NCBI GenBank assembly: GCA_965655095.1
Contig: OZ296648.1
Location: 143,592,001-143,656,000, forward strand
Direction of reading: 5' to 3'
Source: Haplodiscus bocki
Taxonomy: Eukaryota
DNA: 64,000 nucleotides
Within the stretch, counting starts at the first letter, position 1, and each line of letters starts with the position of its first letter. A model generated the notes under the pieces. That model worked only from the letters and a program-made list of their open reading frames with translations, was not told where the DNA came from and ran no database searches. Shown piece by piece: positions 35,111-48,399 of this stretch. A program made the position numbers and the translations under genes.

Positions 35111-38100
35111 AAAGTCTTGAAAAACTCTAAAATTTGACAGCTTATCATTTCCTGCTAAAATCATGGATATTTTAATCTGGTACACAAACGTGCTCTAGCA
35201 ATTTTCCATTCAGCAATAGTGTCAACAAGTTAGATAAACGCTTAATCTGTTTCCTTAAATGATCAAAGACCGTGCACATCACTTCTGAGAGCACAGTGAA
35301 CCTAAGGGGTAATTTTCATGGTTATAATTTTGTTCGAGCCAAATCCCTGAATTCTTGACTTTTTTGAAGAGACCTAAGACTTGACCAAGTTCAACCAAAT
35401 CCCCGACAAAAAAATAGAAACCCGAGCCCTACGGCCCCTTTCCAAGCGGACACCCTAACATTTAGCTAGTTTCAACTTTGTTGTATTTTTGAGAAATTAA
35501 TAATCGATGCTACAACTAGAAAGCTCTATACATGCGGAACATATTGTAACGTGTGCTTTGAGATGCTTAGACTCACAAAATGACATTCGAAGCGTTGAAA
35601 AATAGTCAATATTAAACCACAAAAGTATCCTAATATTCTCATAATTTGACGAAACTTCCTAATTGAAGTGCTATTGTCGTAACTGAATTTTTGCTTCACT
35701 AAAAATTTCAACTCAGAAACTGCTCGACAGTTTTGACTTTAGGTTATAGTTTAAAATTCACTGGTTTGGAGAGAAGTTTGTTTTTTCAAACCACCAGATT
35801 TCAAACTCTTTTCCTTTAACTCTCAAAAATGTTGTAATCAGTTCAACTCCCATTTTGTACGTGCTTCAGAGTTAAATTGCCTATGTTGGTGCCATATACC
35901 CACTAAAACATCTTGGAAATTTTCAATAACTCTTCGTTGATAATTCAACGTTTTCCAAGCTAGCAATTTGACCACTTTTACTGATTTTGTATTTATCTGT
36001 TCAAAGGTTTTAGAACCATAAATGGAAACCTGCAAGTCTTACACTTTGTCCTTTTATATGATCGTCGTTCTTAAACGCCTCAATTCCACGTCCTATTCAC
36101 GTGATGTAACTATAGAACGTGGAATGACATTTGTTTTTTGTTATGTAAACAATGTATTTTAATGGTTAAACTGATTGGAAAAGACGTTAGAAGTCGGATT
36201 GTTGAAAAATGGACAATTCCACGTTTGCTTCCTCATAGTTCAAAGTTAAACGTAGATGTTAGTCGATGTTGGGACATTTGTTACAGTATTGCGTGTCCAA
36301 AGAAAAAATTGAGAGTAGGAGCTTATCAACTGTGAAAATGCTTAGCTTGAGTTAGGTTCACAGATACTTGTATCACACTTTTTCTCTGCTTTTTTAGTGG
36401 AAACCAGACAAAGCCAGGGACTGCCCAAGCTTTAATCAGTGTATGGAATTGAATTCGGCCGGCACCACCAACCTATGTAAATTTGCTGTAGAAGCAAAAA
36501 AATTAGTAAGGTTTTCTTAAGTCGTACGTCAGTAGGGTCTTTTCAAGAGGAAAACTTGGTTTTTTTGAAAACGAAACTCTGATCTTACGTTGTTTACGAA
36601 ACCCATCTCAACTTACCATGGTCTATAAAAATTGCAATGCCTAGTATATGAATAATGAAAATATTAAAACTTCAAGCAAAGTGATAGCACCAAAGTGGAT
36701 TCTCAGCAACAACTTTACCTAGAAAAACCGCCTAGTCAAACTAAATCTTACCGTTGAGTCTATTTGTTCAAAAGCAAAACCCACATCTTCCTTTTGCTGA
36801 CAAAGAAATACGGAAAACTTCGGATTGCTGAACTATGCAACCGTGTCCTGTAGAACTCCTCTTCGACCAAAGTCGACTCACGAAAAGCAATGAAAACGTC
36901 CATTGCACAAAAGGATTGCAAAGGATTGCACAACTACTTTTCGTTACAAAAAAAGTAGGAATGATCCAGTGAACAACTTAAGGAGAAACCAGAAATTTGA
37001 CTGGCACTTCATTGCAAACAATTTCGATTTCCGAAGTAGATGCACGACGAAAGTTCTTTGCAAATGTGGAAACAAGCCCTGGAAAACGATTAGTACAGAC
37101 TTTATCAAACGAACATATTGAATATTAGAGCCTAACAATTCCTTTTTTGTTTTCATCTAATTATACTGAAAAAAAGTTATGAAAAATTCTGTCGAAAATA
37201 TTCTATGACTTGAGAGAACAAATATACATATAAGAAAATTATCGGCTGAACGCGTGCGTTTTACGATTGCACTAGCCAATTCATGATTCTTAGTTTCATG
37301 AGATATTCTTTATGAAGATTGTGGCTTTGATTTGTTCGACTTTGAAAGTTTTTTATTACCAAACTGTCGCAAATTCGCGGTAGAATGTAAAATAATAAGG
37401 TGTAAAAACGTACAGGGAAAAGATGTTTACTGAAAAGTTATCATTTGGAAAAACGAAAATTTCAAAATTTGGGAAAAACAGCCAATATGATGCAAGCAGC
37501 GGATAAAATTGAAAACTTCTTGAAAGTGCTTTTCTGTGACCAAAATTTCGTGCTTTCAAATAATCCGGAATCTTTCCAATCTGGGAAAAATTAGTGAAGG
37601 TGATTTAGAACGCATATAGGAGGGAGGTATTTTTTTAGAAAAGGATTCGTTAAAAGTTGGATTTCGGAAAGTTTGCCGGTGTGGTAGCCGGGTGTCTTGT
37701 CTGTTTTGCGAGTCATGTTTCACCGTGGATTGAATCGAAAACCTTTTGACATAAAAATCCATCGAGATAATAATAAGCACTCAGTTTATATACTCCGATG
37801 AAGTACACGTTTCTTCCACTCCTATTAAGAATAAAATTATCGAGCCAAAGTAGTGGTTGCTAATTTATGGTTGCTGTTGGCCTTCCGCTTATCAATTTTT
37901 GAGAAAACCACTGACTAGAACATAATTCTAACAGAACGTCTTCTGGCTTTCAAAGTAAATTGATATATTTTTCGAATAAAATGTGAAAAAGCAAATCCCT
38001 GCCATTAAGCAGATTTGATTAGTAGTTAGTAATGAAACTAGCACTGGATGGTTGAAATATTCACAAACGCAGGGCTGAGTTTTCTCTTGGGCATTCTTGC

Positions 38101-38596
38101 CCTTAGTTCTTTCCTGGACAAGAAACCCCGAGAGCAAACGATAGCATTAGCATGTAATTTACTTCTTAATGAATGGCATTCTAAATGGCTGACTATTTGC
38201 GGAAACCATGTTACTTGAAGACTACTTCCTATGCTCGAACTGCAAATTGGATTTCATTGTGTAGCTGGTGGGAAATGAAGACCGGACTTTCTTCGAAGAT
38301 TATTCAAGAAAAGACAATTGCACTTGGTCACAAACTCAAATTCGAATTTTGATTTGTAATCTTGAAACACCACTAACACGTAAAATCATGAAATCATGAA
38401 CTAAAGCACTAAATTCAAATTGGGCAGCCATTTTTGGGGAAGGCTGTTTTTTTGAGTTTTGGTTTACTAGCCGCATTTTTTTTTCAATTTGAATTGAAAC
38501 TTTCGGAGCTGTCTATTTTCAGCTTTGTTTGAGGTTTAACCAGTTCTGCGTCTGATTTTCAATTTGAATCGCTTTGAATATTCCAAGTTTGAATCA

Positions 38597-39852
38597 TTAC
38601 TGCGATTTTGTTTCTTTTGCGTCTAACATATCAGGACACACTTTGGGGTCATAGTTGGACCCAAAGTTGAACTTCTCAAACGCAGAATCGAGACAGCAAT
38701 AATGGGCCACTTGATATTTGTAGAATAACATGTCAGGGCACGTTTTCATTCCCAAAATAGGCTCGTAGTACTTCTTCGCGGCTAGTGCGGGGCACGTCAG
38801 CCCGGGGTAAACATAAGCCTGTTTGCCCCATTTTTCACCTTCAGCGCAAGCTTCACAGGCTGCCTTGTAGTACTCGTCGGACATGCTCATTGTCTCGGCT
38901 AAGTCCCTCAAAAAGAAGTGGTAGGTTATAGGGTTCATGGTATTCAGGTTTCTGAATTCCTGTTCGAACTTGTTAGGGTACAACTCGTGTGCGTAGTCTT
39001 TAGTCACAACAGAAGACTTCAAAAATCTGTAGCCGGGGTCCGTATCTGCATCGTCTCGCACACATTCGGAGATGTATCCCGTTTTGGCTCTCTTCAGACC
39101 CCGCATAAACAACCCTCCGAGTTGATAAAACTGTTGGAACAGGTTCTCCTCACTTAGACAAGTTTTGAGACCTTGAATCTCATCTGTGTCACTCATAGTC
39201 GCGGGTTTGTTCTTGTCACAGCAGCTTCGAACTTCACTAGCAACCTGGCTCTTGGATTTGAAGGTCAAGTAAGTTTGGGTCACTGGGGTTTGGAGACAAT
39301 CAAGAGGGTCATTGTAAGAACTGAAGTGACACAGTTCGGGCAAAAACACCTCGGCCTGCGTCTCAATTGCTTCGTAAACCCCGTAGTTGCTATCCATAAT
39401 CATGTTCTCAAACAGTGCGAACCCTTTATAAATCTGAAGTTCTTCATACACGTTCCAGTTGGTAGCAGCTCCGTATAATTCGTTCACGCAGTATGACTCA
39501 ACTTCTCGGACGTCATTCATCACTGAGTGGTATCGTCTGTTGAGGGCAGTGGGACTGAAGCATCGATGGTGCACCGACTCCCACTCGTAAGTTTCGTAGG
39601 CCGCCGAACTGTTGCTCATGCAAAATGAAGCCAGTGCCCCCTTTCTCATTGCCCGGGTGAAGCCCTCTTTGCATTCTACACTGTTCGCTAAAATGAAAAC
39701 TACCTCCTTTACGAAGTTAGGCATAGAAGAAATGAAGCCTATACCGCAGTTGAAAAACAGTGAAGTCATCGATGAAAATTGTCGGTCAAAAAACGGTTTC
39801 GGTATTATAAATTTATTCCGAGGCATTACTTGTTTCAAATGAGTGGAATAAC
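38597..39852 (-). CDS. Large terminal coding exon (~417 codons) of an unknown Cys-rich protein
   Basis: 1.24-kb uninterrupted ORF with elevated GC. Splice acceptor ATATTTAG|G at 39853/39852 (phase 1); stop at 38597. No transposon motifs seen. Confidence 0.8.
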
Positions 39853-41712
39853 CTAAATATGTCTTGTTGGATTTTCATTGGGAAACTAATAGTGTTCTTT
39901 CAGGTTGTTGTAATGAGTGTTAGTTGAGTGAATTCCACTTTTTAGCACCAAATTTACTGTTATTAGGTGACCCATAGATTTTGAAAAAAAAATGTTTTTA
40001 GTAGTCGAAGGAAATGTATTCTCTTACCTGCCGTCATGTTTAGCTCTCCGTGATGTTTAACGCTTTGTTTCTTTTTGTTTATTTCACTTGAATTTCTTTG
40101 TCAATTGAACTTCCGTAAGAAACGTGTTTCATTTCATATTACATTTTATTGAACTTGAACTGCGTTTTCCTTTCATTTGAATTACAAAAAGTACAGTGTT
40201 CGTAGCCTGTTGTCAGGTGTTTACAATTAATGTGAAGGTTTCAAAATAATTTAATTTAGACAATGAACATTTTAGAGCATAGTGTTTAAGCTGAATTTAG
40301 TGGACAAATTTTTGACCTGACACCCGACTTAAATTGCAACTATCAAGGTTTTCCGATTTTGTTACCAAAACCTAAAAATACTTTTGAATGATTATAAAAA
40401 GGTGAGTTTTAGTCAATTTGGTGTTTCGCAAAACACTCATCTGAAACAAGCAATGCATAGTCCGACAAAAATTTTAACATTCTAAAAGTTACTAACATTC
40501 GTTCGATTAATCTTCACATATTCAATTATAATTGATGTGAAATATGTTGAAGGAATAATAGCGAACTGTTTAAATCCCGACATCAAATTCTACTCTAGTT
40601 CAATTCGAGTTGTGAATTCCAGTTTATGAAAACAGAATCAGGAACCCCCATTTTTGACACGTTTACCAAAAAATTCTTTGACCATTTGAAAGAAATGAAA
40701 TTTTCTAGGTCTTTCCGGTTGATTTGTTCATTTTAATAAAAGGACTTGTTGACTGGTTCCCTCAATTTCTCCAAATTCTTCTTTACAGTTTTAAAATGTC
40801 ATATGCCCAAAATAGAGGTTCCTGAGAGTACACTTTTGAAGTTCAAAATCAGCAAATCAAAGTTAGATTTTGAAATATGATTTTCCAAATTAATGCCAAT
40901 TTCGAAATTCAAAAGAATAAATGATGATAGCTGGAACGAATTTCTTTTGATACTGAACTGAACACGAAACTTCCGAAACCTCGCTTTCCATTTTTGGCAG
41001 TTTTTAAAGACGCTGAAATTGTGAAAAGAATTTCGGGAAGCTCCAAAATTTGAACGGATTCCGGACAATGAAACGTTTCGCTTTGGAAAATTTTTGGGTC
41101 AATTAGCCAAAACGTGTTTTTTGGGAGTTTTGGGATTTCTCGTCTTCTGGGCTTTTTTTGGTTTTAGGATTTTGGGACGGGTGCCAAAAGTAATTCGAGC
41201 CAGCGTTAACATACCTGTTTCTGAAATTGAAGTGAGGAATAAACCAAACTCATGAGCACTTAAAACATTTGCTGCTTTCTTTTGCTTTGCGTAGATATAC
41301 CTGCCTGTTTCATACTCTTTTACAACATATCTGAAATGAAAAGGGTAGAGAACTTTAAACAGTTTTTGGTTGTCACCAAAACAATTACCACCGAATTAAA
41401 ATTTGACTATTTTTTTTGTAAATAACATACAAGCGAGAATTTTTCCTGAAATGAAAAGTTGACTTTTGACCAAATCTTACTGCATTAACAATGATATCTT
41501 TCAGTTTAAACCAGTTCTTGAGTTATTGGGTATTTATCAACTTTAATCAGTAGTTATACTTTTGTCTACTTAAAATGTGAGTCGAAATCTGCCTTAACTT
41601 TTCACACAAACATGCTAATAAAATGATGCTTATAAAACTCCCGGAAAATTCAAATGTTTTCAATTATACCTAAAATTACCCCAAGCCTAAAACAACAAAA
41701 GCGTAATGAAAC

Positions 41713-41980
41713 CTTTTCAGAAGCTCGGGACAAAAAATATGATCTTAAAATTTTGGGGTTTCCAATTTCTGTCGCTTTTTGGAAAATTTATCAAAAATGT
41801 CGCGAACAGCTTGAAAAACCAAATAGTTTTCTTATAAAATTTGGATATAAATATTGAGCCTAAGAAAACTATTCGGTTGTTCAAGCATTTCGCTACATTT
41901 CTGATAAAACTTCGAAAAAGCGATGAAATTGGAAACCCAACAATTTTGAGCTCATAGCTTCTGTCTCAAGTCTGAAAAAG
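41713..41980. repeat. Fold-back palindrome (~120-bp arms, 26-nt loop) in a putative intron
   Basis: 41713-41834 is an imperfect reverse complement of 41861-41980, e.g. GGGTTTCCAATTTC/GAAATTGGAAACCC and ATAGTTTTCTTA/TAAGAAAACTAT. Confidence 0.8.
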
Positions 41981-42085
41981 CATCCAAAATTGCTTGAAAT
42001 TCCAAAATTCTTTCGTTCCTCGGAAATTTTTCTATGAAACTTGGACTGGAAAACTGAGCCTTAATCAAAAGGCACCTACACTTAC

Positions 42086-42118
42086 GTCTCGTCACTTGTG
42101 TCCACCACAAAGAACCAA
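42086..42118 (-). CDS. Putative 33-nt internal exon (VGSLWWTQVTR)
   Basis: Flanked by AG and GTAAGT, phase 1/1, 58-nt intron from the upstream exon, and the frame stays open. Confidence 0.5.
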
Positions 42119-42176
42119 CTTAGTGAAATTTTGCATTTTCAAAAAATACATGCCAATATATATATGAAGCCCTTAC

Positions 42177-42621
42177 CATTAGTGCAGTTGGCTTGATAGA
42201 ACCCGATTGGGTCAACACATCGCGGGTCAAACTTGTTGGCACATCCTCTTGACTGAACTTGTATTTTTTTGTACGTTTCTCGACAGTATTCCAGATTCTT
42301 CATGTACTCGGTATCTTTATGCTCCGGTTCTTTCCATTTTAGGAAAAGATTCACCACTTCTTGTTCCTTAGTTCGGAGACCCTCGAGACATTTTACGACT
42401 GCATCGTCTAAACCGAGATCACAGCATTCGCGCATGTTCTGGAGGGGTCTCGTAAAGAGTTTGGCCGTAGGGCATTTGTTGTAACTTTTGATGCTTGACA
42501 ATGGAGGAACCCCGATGCAGAATCCTTTTGGGTTTTCGCGGAAAGATTGGAATTTAGCTTCACTCCGTAGGTAGTTTTGGTAAAAGACGAAAGTGATAAT
42601 AATCCATATTTTGGAAAACAT
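42177..42621 (-). CDS. First coding exon of a probably secreted Cys-rich protein
   Basis: MFSKIWIIITFVFYQNYLRSEA signal-like start, 9 Cys in 148 aa, donor AATG|GTAAGG at 42177 (phase 1, compatible with the 39852 acceptor). Confidence 0.7.
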
Positions 42622-45600
42622 TTTTCTGAATTTGGATTGAAAAGCACGTTACAAAAATGCAGCAGTGCTTTTAAAGAAGGTTTTTAAAAATTGACAGAAT
42701 TGATAAAAAATAATTCACAAAGAACGTTTATAAAAGTTGGAATTGAGAAGTTGGAATTGTTAGATTTCTTCTAACTTTGTACCTTGTAGTCCTGAGGTTG
42801 CTTCGGACGAATTTCTTCGGAGAGAAGTAGTGGCGAATTTGATCAGAGTGAATTCAGAAGTAAAATGATACTAGTCGATGTTTACCAACTTGGTTTGAAT
42901 TTGAACCGAAGTTAGAGATAAGATTTATTCGAAGTTTAATTGTAGCGTTGCGTCAGAGCTTCAGAGCTAGTCAGAATCAACCAAGTAGTTTTATCTTTGG
43001 GCCCGAAAGAATTTATGGCTAGAAGCAAAAAGCAAAGATAAGAAATTCAGTTTATCATTTATACGGAAAAGTAACTTGAAGTGTAGATTAGAGCGAAAGG
43101 GCGAACTGCAAAGGCAATTGAAAGATAAAATTTGTTGTTGTTCAAAGCTGTTTTGTAAGTTCTTGCTCAGAAATCTGTCACTTGAAGAAAACGTGACGTT
43201 TCTTAGCCTGCCAAAGGGCACAATGGCCTTCAGATTAAAGAAATCTCAATCCCAATCTAAATGACAAACCTGTTTACTAACTTGGCTGTTACCTTATTGG
43301 CTGTTACCTTATTTGGTTAAAATTAGGAGAAATTGCGAATAATAATTTCCTCTTTAGGACTGTGATTCAAATTACGTAACATTGAGACATAGTTCTCATC
43401 ACAGATGATTCTGTTGTGCTGTAAAAGGGAGAAAATTGTCCTCTGGTGAAGGGGGGAGGTAGTTGCAATTGCAATTTCAGCCCATTACACGTTATTAATA
43501 TTGGATTACATAAGAGATTTGAAGATAGTCTTCATTATATAATATGATGTTGTGATAAGTCTAGTTGAATATTTCCAAAGGCAGTAGAGTGGATCAAGGC
43601 ACAAGTACTGCCTTCACCCTTCACCCCGACCCCCACCATAGTGAATGAATACCAAGCTTCATCGGTAGACCTTGTTTCATCATGTGTTACTCAACATTGT
43701 GAACTTTGATGAAACATTTCCATTGGAACCAAGACAACCGCATAACCCCGTTTTAGAAATTAGGTCTTTCTTTAGATCTTAAAATCTTCAAAATGCTAAT
43801 TCACGAGGCATACCACTTCTAATTTGTTTTTGATCTGGTTTGCAATCAATGAATTTTCGGAATTTCTAGATTTGGGCGTCCGCGGTGAGTGGAGCTTGGC
43901 TCTTGTTTTTGGTAGGGATGGGGTAATTAAAAAGCATCAGGCCATTTCGGTAAAAGAAAAACTATATGTATCTTTCACAATATGACGATTGATTACATTG
44001 CGGTATGATTTTTTACTTTTGTAAATGTTTGAAATACGAAAGACAATATTATGGACCTGAAAAGAGGTTATGTGAATGGATTTGTATTTATAAAGGAAAT
44101 TATTACTGCAACAATTAATGTATTTTTAACAGTTGAAGACTGCTCATTGTTTTGAAGAGTTGAGTGTTGAAAATTTAACTAAAAACTTTCAAAAACAGAC
44201 CACAAAGACCAACCGGAATTCTGATCAATACAAATGGGAAAGTTGAATTGCCCGGACTTGTTTTATCCCTTACTTCGAAAATGAAACCAGATGTTGACAA
44301 GTAACTAAATGATTTCGCAAGGTAATAAAAATTGAAAGTGCCGCAACTATCAACGCTTTTACAAATGCTTCTGCAATCTGTTGACAAAATTGATGGACTT
44401 CACTTAATTTATATTTGACTAGCAAAATTGATCCATCTGTACTTATCTGAATAACTGTCAATCGCTAATCGAGAATTGTTGATTCAAAGGATATCTCCTG
44501 TGATTTATGTGCTTGCAGCAAAAACAGAATATGCCGATACGCCACAAAAACGAAATAAAATTTTTAATGGCTTTTGTACTGCATTTAATAGATCGCCGAG
44601 TGGGGCGAAAAAATCCCATATGGCATTTATTCAAATTCTTGGCAATTTGGAACAATATGCTTTTCAACTTATCATAGGCTGATTACGTTTGTGTATTTAT
44701 GTTCGTACGCCAATTTTCTGTGACACAATTTTCTATTCAACTAATTTGCCATGGGCAGATTACGTTTATGTGTTTGTAAGCTAGTTTTTCTTCTCGACAC
44801 CAGTTGTTTTCGAACTAGGTTATCATAAAGTGTTAATTTCATGTGCTTTCAGCATTACAGGCCGTTTCACCTCGAATACTGTTTACCCCCATAATCTAAC
44901 ACTGAACAATACCTCTTCAAAGGTTCTCATTGAAAGTAGTCGAAAGTCAATCAAAATGTATCAGGATCTGTGTTCTTTGTAGCGGTCCGCTGCACAACTT
45001 TTGTTATTTGCTAAACTGAACGAACTCGGCAGTACTCATTTGTGTATTGTTTGAGTTCATCTTTTTAGGTGTTCAGCCTGAGATATTTCTTCCCTTAGAG
45101 GGTTCAAACATTGTTTTCAAACCTAATTTCAAACCTTTTGGGAAATCTAAGAAGAAAAACGTCAACTTTAAAAAATGCGTGTACTTATGAACCCGGAAAT
45201 ATTGATATTTTCACTAAAAATGCTTAGTCATGACCAATTACTCTGACTTTCTTCCTTCAAGTTTGTTATTCCTTCATCAAGAGTCTGCAAGTTGAAGTGC
45301 CCTCGTACGATTTTTAGTCAGTCCACACATATTGAGAACTTCTAGGGGGTCGACTGAACGAAAAACAAGACGACAACCAAGAACCGCCATATTCTTTTTC
45401 ACGATGTATAATTGAATCGACAACGTCTGAAGTAGTTGCGCGATGAAGTATTTTTGAGGTTAGGTTTCTAGGCTGCGAAGCGGAGGTTTGGGGGTTTGAA
45501 TCTCTGTCGATCCAATTTCTTTCACTAGTTAAATTGTCAAACTTTGCGTGAAAAATAATTATCGTTCACTTATCACTTTTCCAGTAAAGTTTACATTTGA

Positions 45601-48399
45601 ATCTTTCAAAAAACGCTTAGTTGCAATGCAACGATTTGACCAACACTGTTATAATCATCCACTGGCAAAATAAGCTTAATGACGTGATATTAATTATACC
45701 AGCCTGATACCACCATATTTTTTATCGTCTCCCAACTTTGTTACAAAGTGCATTTAAAAACAAGAATCTGTTTTTTATTGGCAAAAAAATACTCGCTTGT
45801 ATGCATTGTGAATAAAATATCATTCTTTTTCACAATTCAAAAATTTTCGAGATTTTGTCCCAAAAACATTGAACCTTGTCGAAAAAAAAACAAGGTCTCC
45901 AAGCATCATTACTCTTTTATTGTAATCCACGTCAAAGCTGCTAACTTTTCAAAAAACCCAAGATTTGGTGAAGAAAAAAGTTTTTTAGGAAATGTTACAC
46001 TTCTATCTGCATTGTAGGGCAAACTTGCTAAAAATTGATGCCAAAACAATTTCTACGTAAAAAGAATTGAAAAAGTGCAATATTCCGATAGAATTGAGGG
46101 ATTCTTCTAATTGGCAGCTAAAATTTTAAAAACGCACTTATCGAATACATCATTTTATTCGCTAAGGTATTTAATGGAGTAAAATTATAATTGAACCCTT
46201 CCTCACTTTTATTTGAAAAAGGTCATTCATTCTCTAAAAGCGTTGACATTAACTATGTTCAGTTTCAAATTTCTCCTCAAAATTTAGCTTGACAGACATT
46301 TTTGGTGCCATTTAGGTCTCAATTTCTCGAAAATTTAATAGACTGCGTGGCGCCTGAAAGCCTTTCCTGAAAATAGACCACCGCATTCTAAACCTTCATG
46401 TGCTTGTACTGTATGTCTGAAACTTTCTCCTACTCACTTGAATTTCGACTATTGGAGCATGTTTTTCTCAATTCGTCATCTGTTTGTGCTTTTGATTTGA
46501 ATCGTTAACGGCGTTCAACACCTAACTTTTTTGAATATGAAAATTAAAATTGAAGCCGCGAATTTCTGGAACATTTTGTACAGTCCAATCCTAAAAACTA
46601 AACTGCCTAACTTCTTAACCAAAACTAGTGAATCGAGTCAACAGATACAAAGAAGAACACTGGTAGCGCTGAAAAAAAATTGCTCCCAATACGCTGTACA
46701 TGCAGCACTTATCTTGAGCTGTAAAAGGTTCCGCCCAATCGATCTGAACAAAACATTCGTAATTCCGAACATTCATTGGGATCGAACCATTCCAATGTTG
46801 ATGGGGTTTTCGGTATGCATCGAGTATCTGAACGTTTGCCACCAAAACGTTTTCGAAATAATTAGAGAATTTTGTCAAATGTTTTGAAAAACTTGTTTCA
46901 AGTCTCGACCTCACTGTCGCGTGGAGCTCCGGTTGTTGAACTAAGAAATATGTTAAGTATTGTAAAGGTTCAGCTTTTATGCCAGACTGCTTGTGCGGCC
47001 ATACATCTGCGTTGTTGTTTAAGAAAGTCTCAGGAAGTTATACTGCAAAGGGCTCTATAAATTTGGCTTGCTCAGACGCGCGGACAAAGTGTTTGCGTGA
47101 TTTCTACAGGCAAGGATTTCGTGAGCACAGAAAAATACAATATAGATGAATTACTTGATAATTATAAGTAGTTATCAATCAACTTAGAAAATCAAATGTG
47201 CACAGGATAATGTAAAATAACGGTTGGATGAAGTGAATAGAAGTGATATTTGGGCAAACAAAAGAAATCAAAATCAGCAGCAAATTTCGTGATAAAAACT
47301 TCACCCCTTCGAAATTTTCAGTCCTCATCTCTTATCAACTGTAAAAACACATCTCTCTCAAAAGAAACAATGGAATCAAGATTCTAAATTTCTGCGAAAA
47401 TCAATCTAACAAAAAAAAGGGTAAACAATTATCCGCTCCGGCTACATGTATCAACTGTAAATTCTATCCCCTCCTGAAAAACATCCTAAGAGTTTTCTTC
47501 ATCAATAACCAGTATCGAAGAAATTTTGGAACAAAAAAAGTTAAAACTTCAATGAACGCTTCGCGGCAAGAAACATAAGCGAACAAAATAGGTAATAACT
47601 TTGTCCGAAAAGTAAAACACTATGTTTTGAAGGCAATTGCAGTATTTGTTAACCCTACTTCACAAGTCTTTCCAACGAACTGAAAATACACTTTTAATAG
47701 TCTTCACCGGGTTGATTCAGATTCTTTCTTGGCTTGTGGCCACGACTAAATGATTTTTATCGCAATAGTTTTTCTGGCTCTTGCTTCAATTACTTCCCAG
47801 TTCTCTGCTTTTAGTCAGTTTTCAGGTCATTTTAATTGCTGTTTAAATAAGTTTTCAGTAAAATGCGATGAAGAGTTAGCGTTTAAAAGTTTCATGAAAC
47901 TCGAAGATCCTAGTGGAACTAGTGAAGAAGATGAAGAAATCTTTTTAAAATTCCACATTCCAGCGTTTTATCCAAGATATTGGTAACAAGCATAGAACAA
48001 CAGTTTACCAAGTCAAATATCTTAGATTTGTCAAAAATCAAAGCATTTCGTTGACCAGGATTTTACATGCTTTTTAGTTTTTTAATCAAGACTCAGTACC
48101 TCGCATAACAAAGCCATTGAGCGAGAGATCCCAAATTTCCCATTTTGTTGTACCGTTAAGATATCTCGGATTTGTAGGAAAGATTCGATCTGTTTTAGAC
48201 CCTGAAGTTTTATCAGAGCCTCAGTTACAAATCGCTTTGCGTTACCGGTTTACTTCTTCTTGGTCCCTTGTCTCAAACACGGTAAATCTTCCGAAAATTT
48301 ACTGCAGCGGAATTCTTAATGTATCCAATTAAATTAGAAGAACCAACAGTCTAGCAGCCTACTAACTTTCCGCAAACAATCACGAAATAAAATTAAGCT

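Noticed and set aside
44175-44682. Decayed coding-like stretch faintly resembling a kinase
   Set aside because: No HRD/DFG/APE motifs and several stops; cannot be supported.
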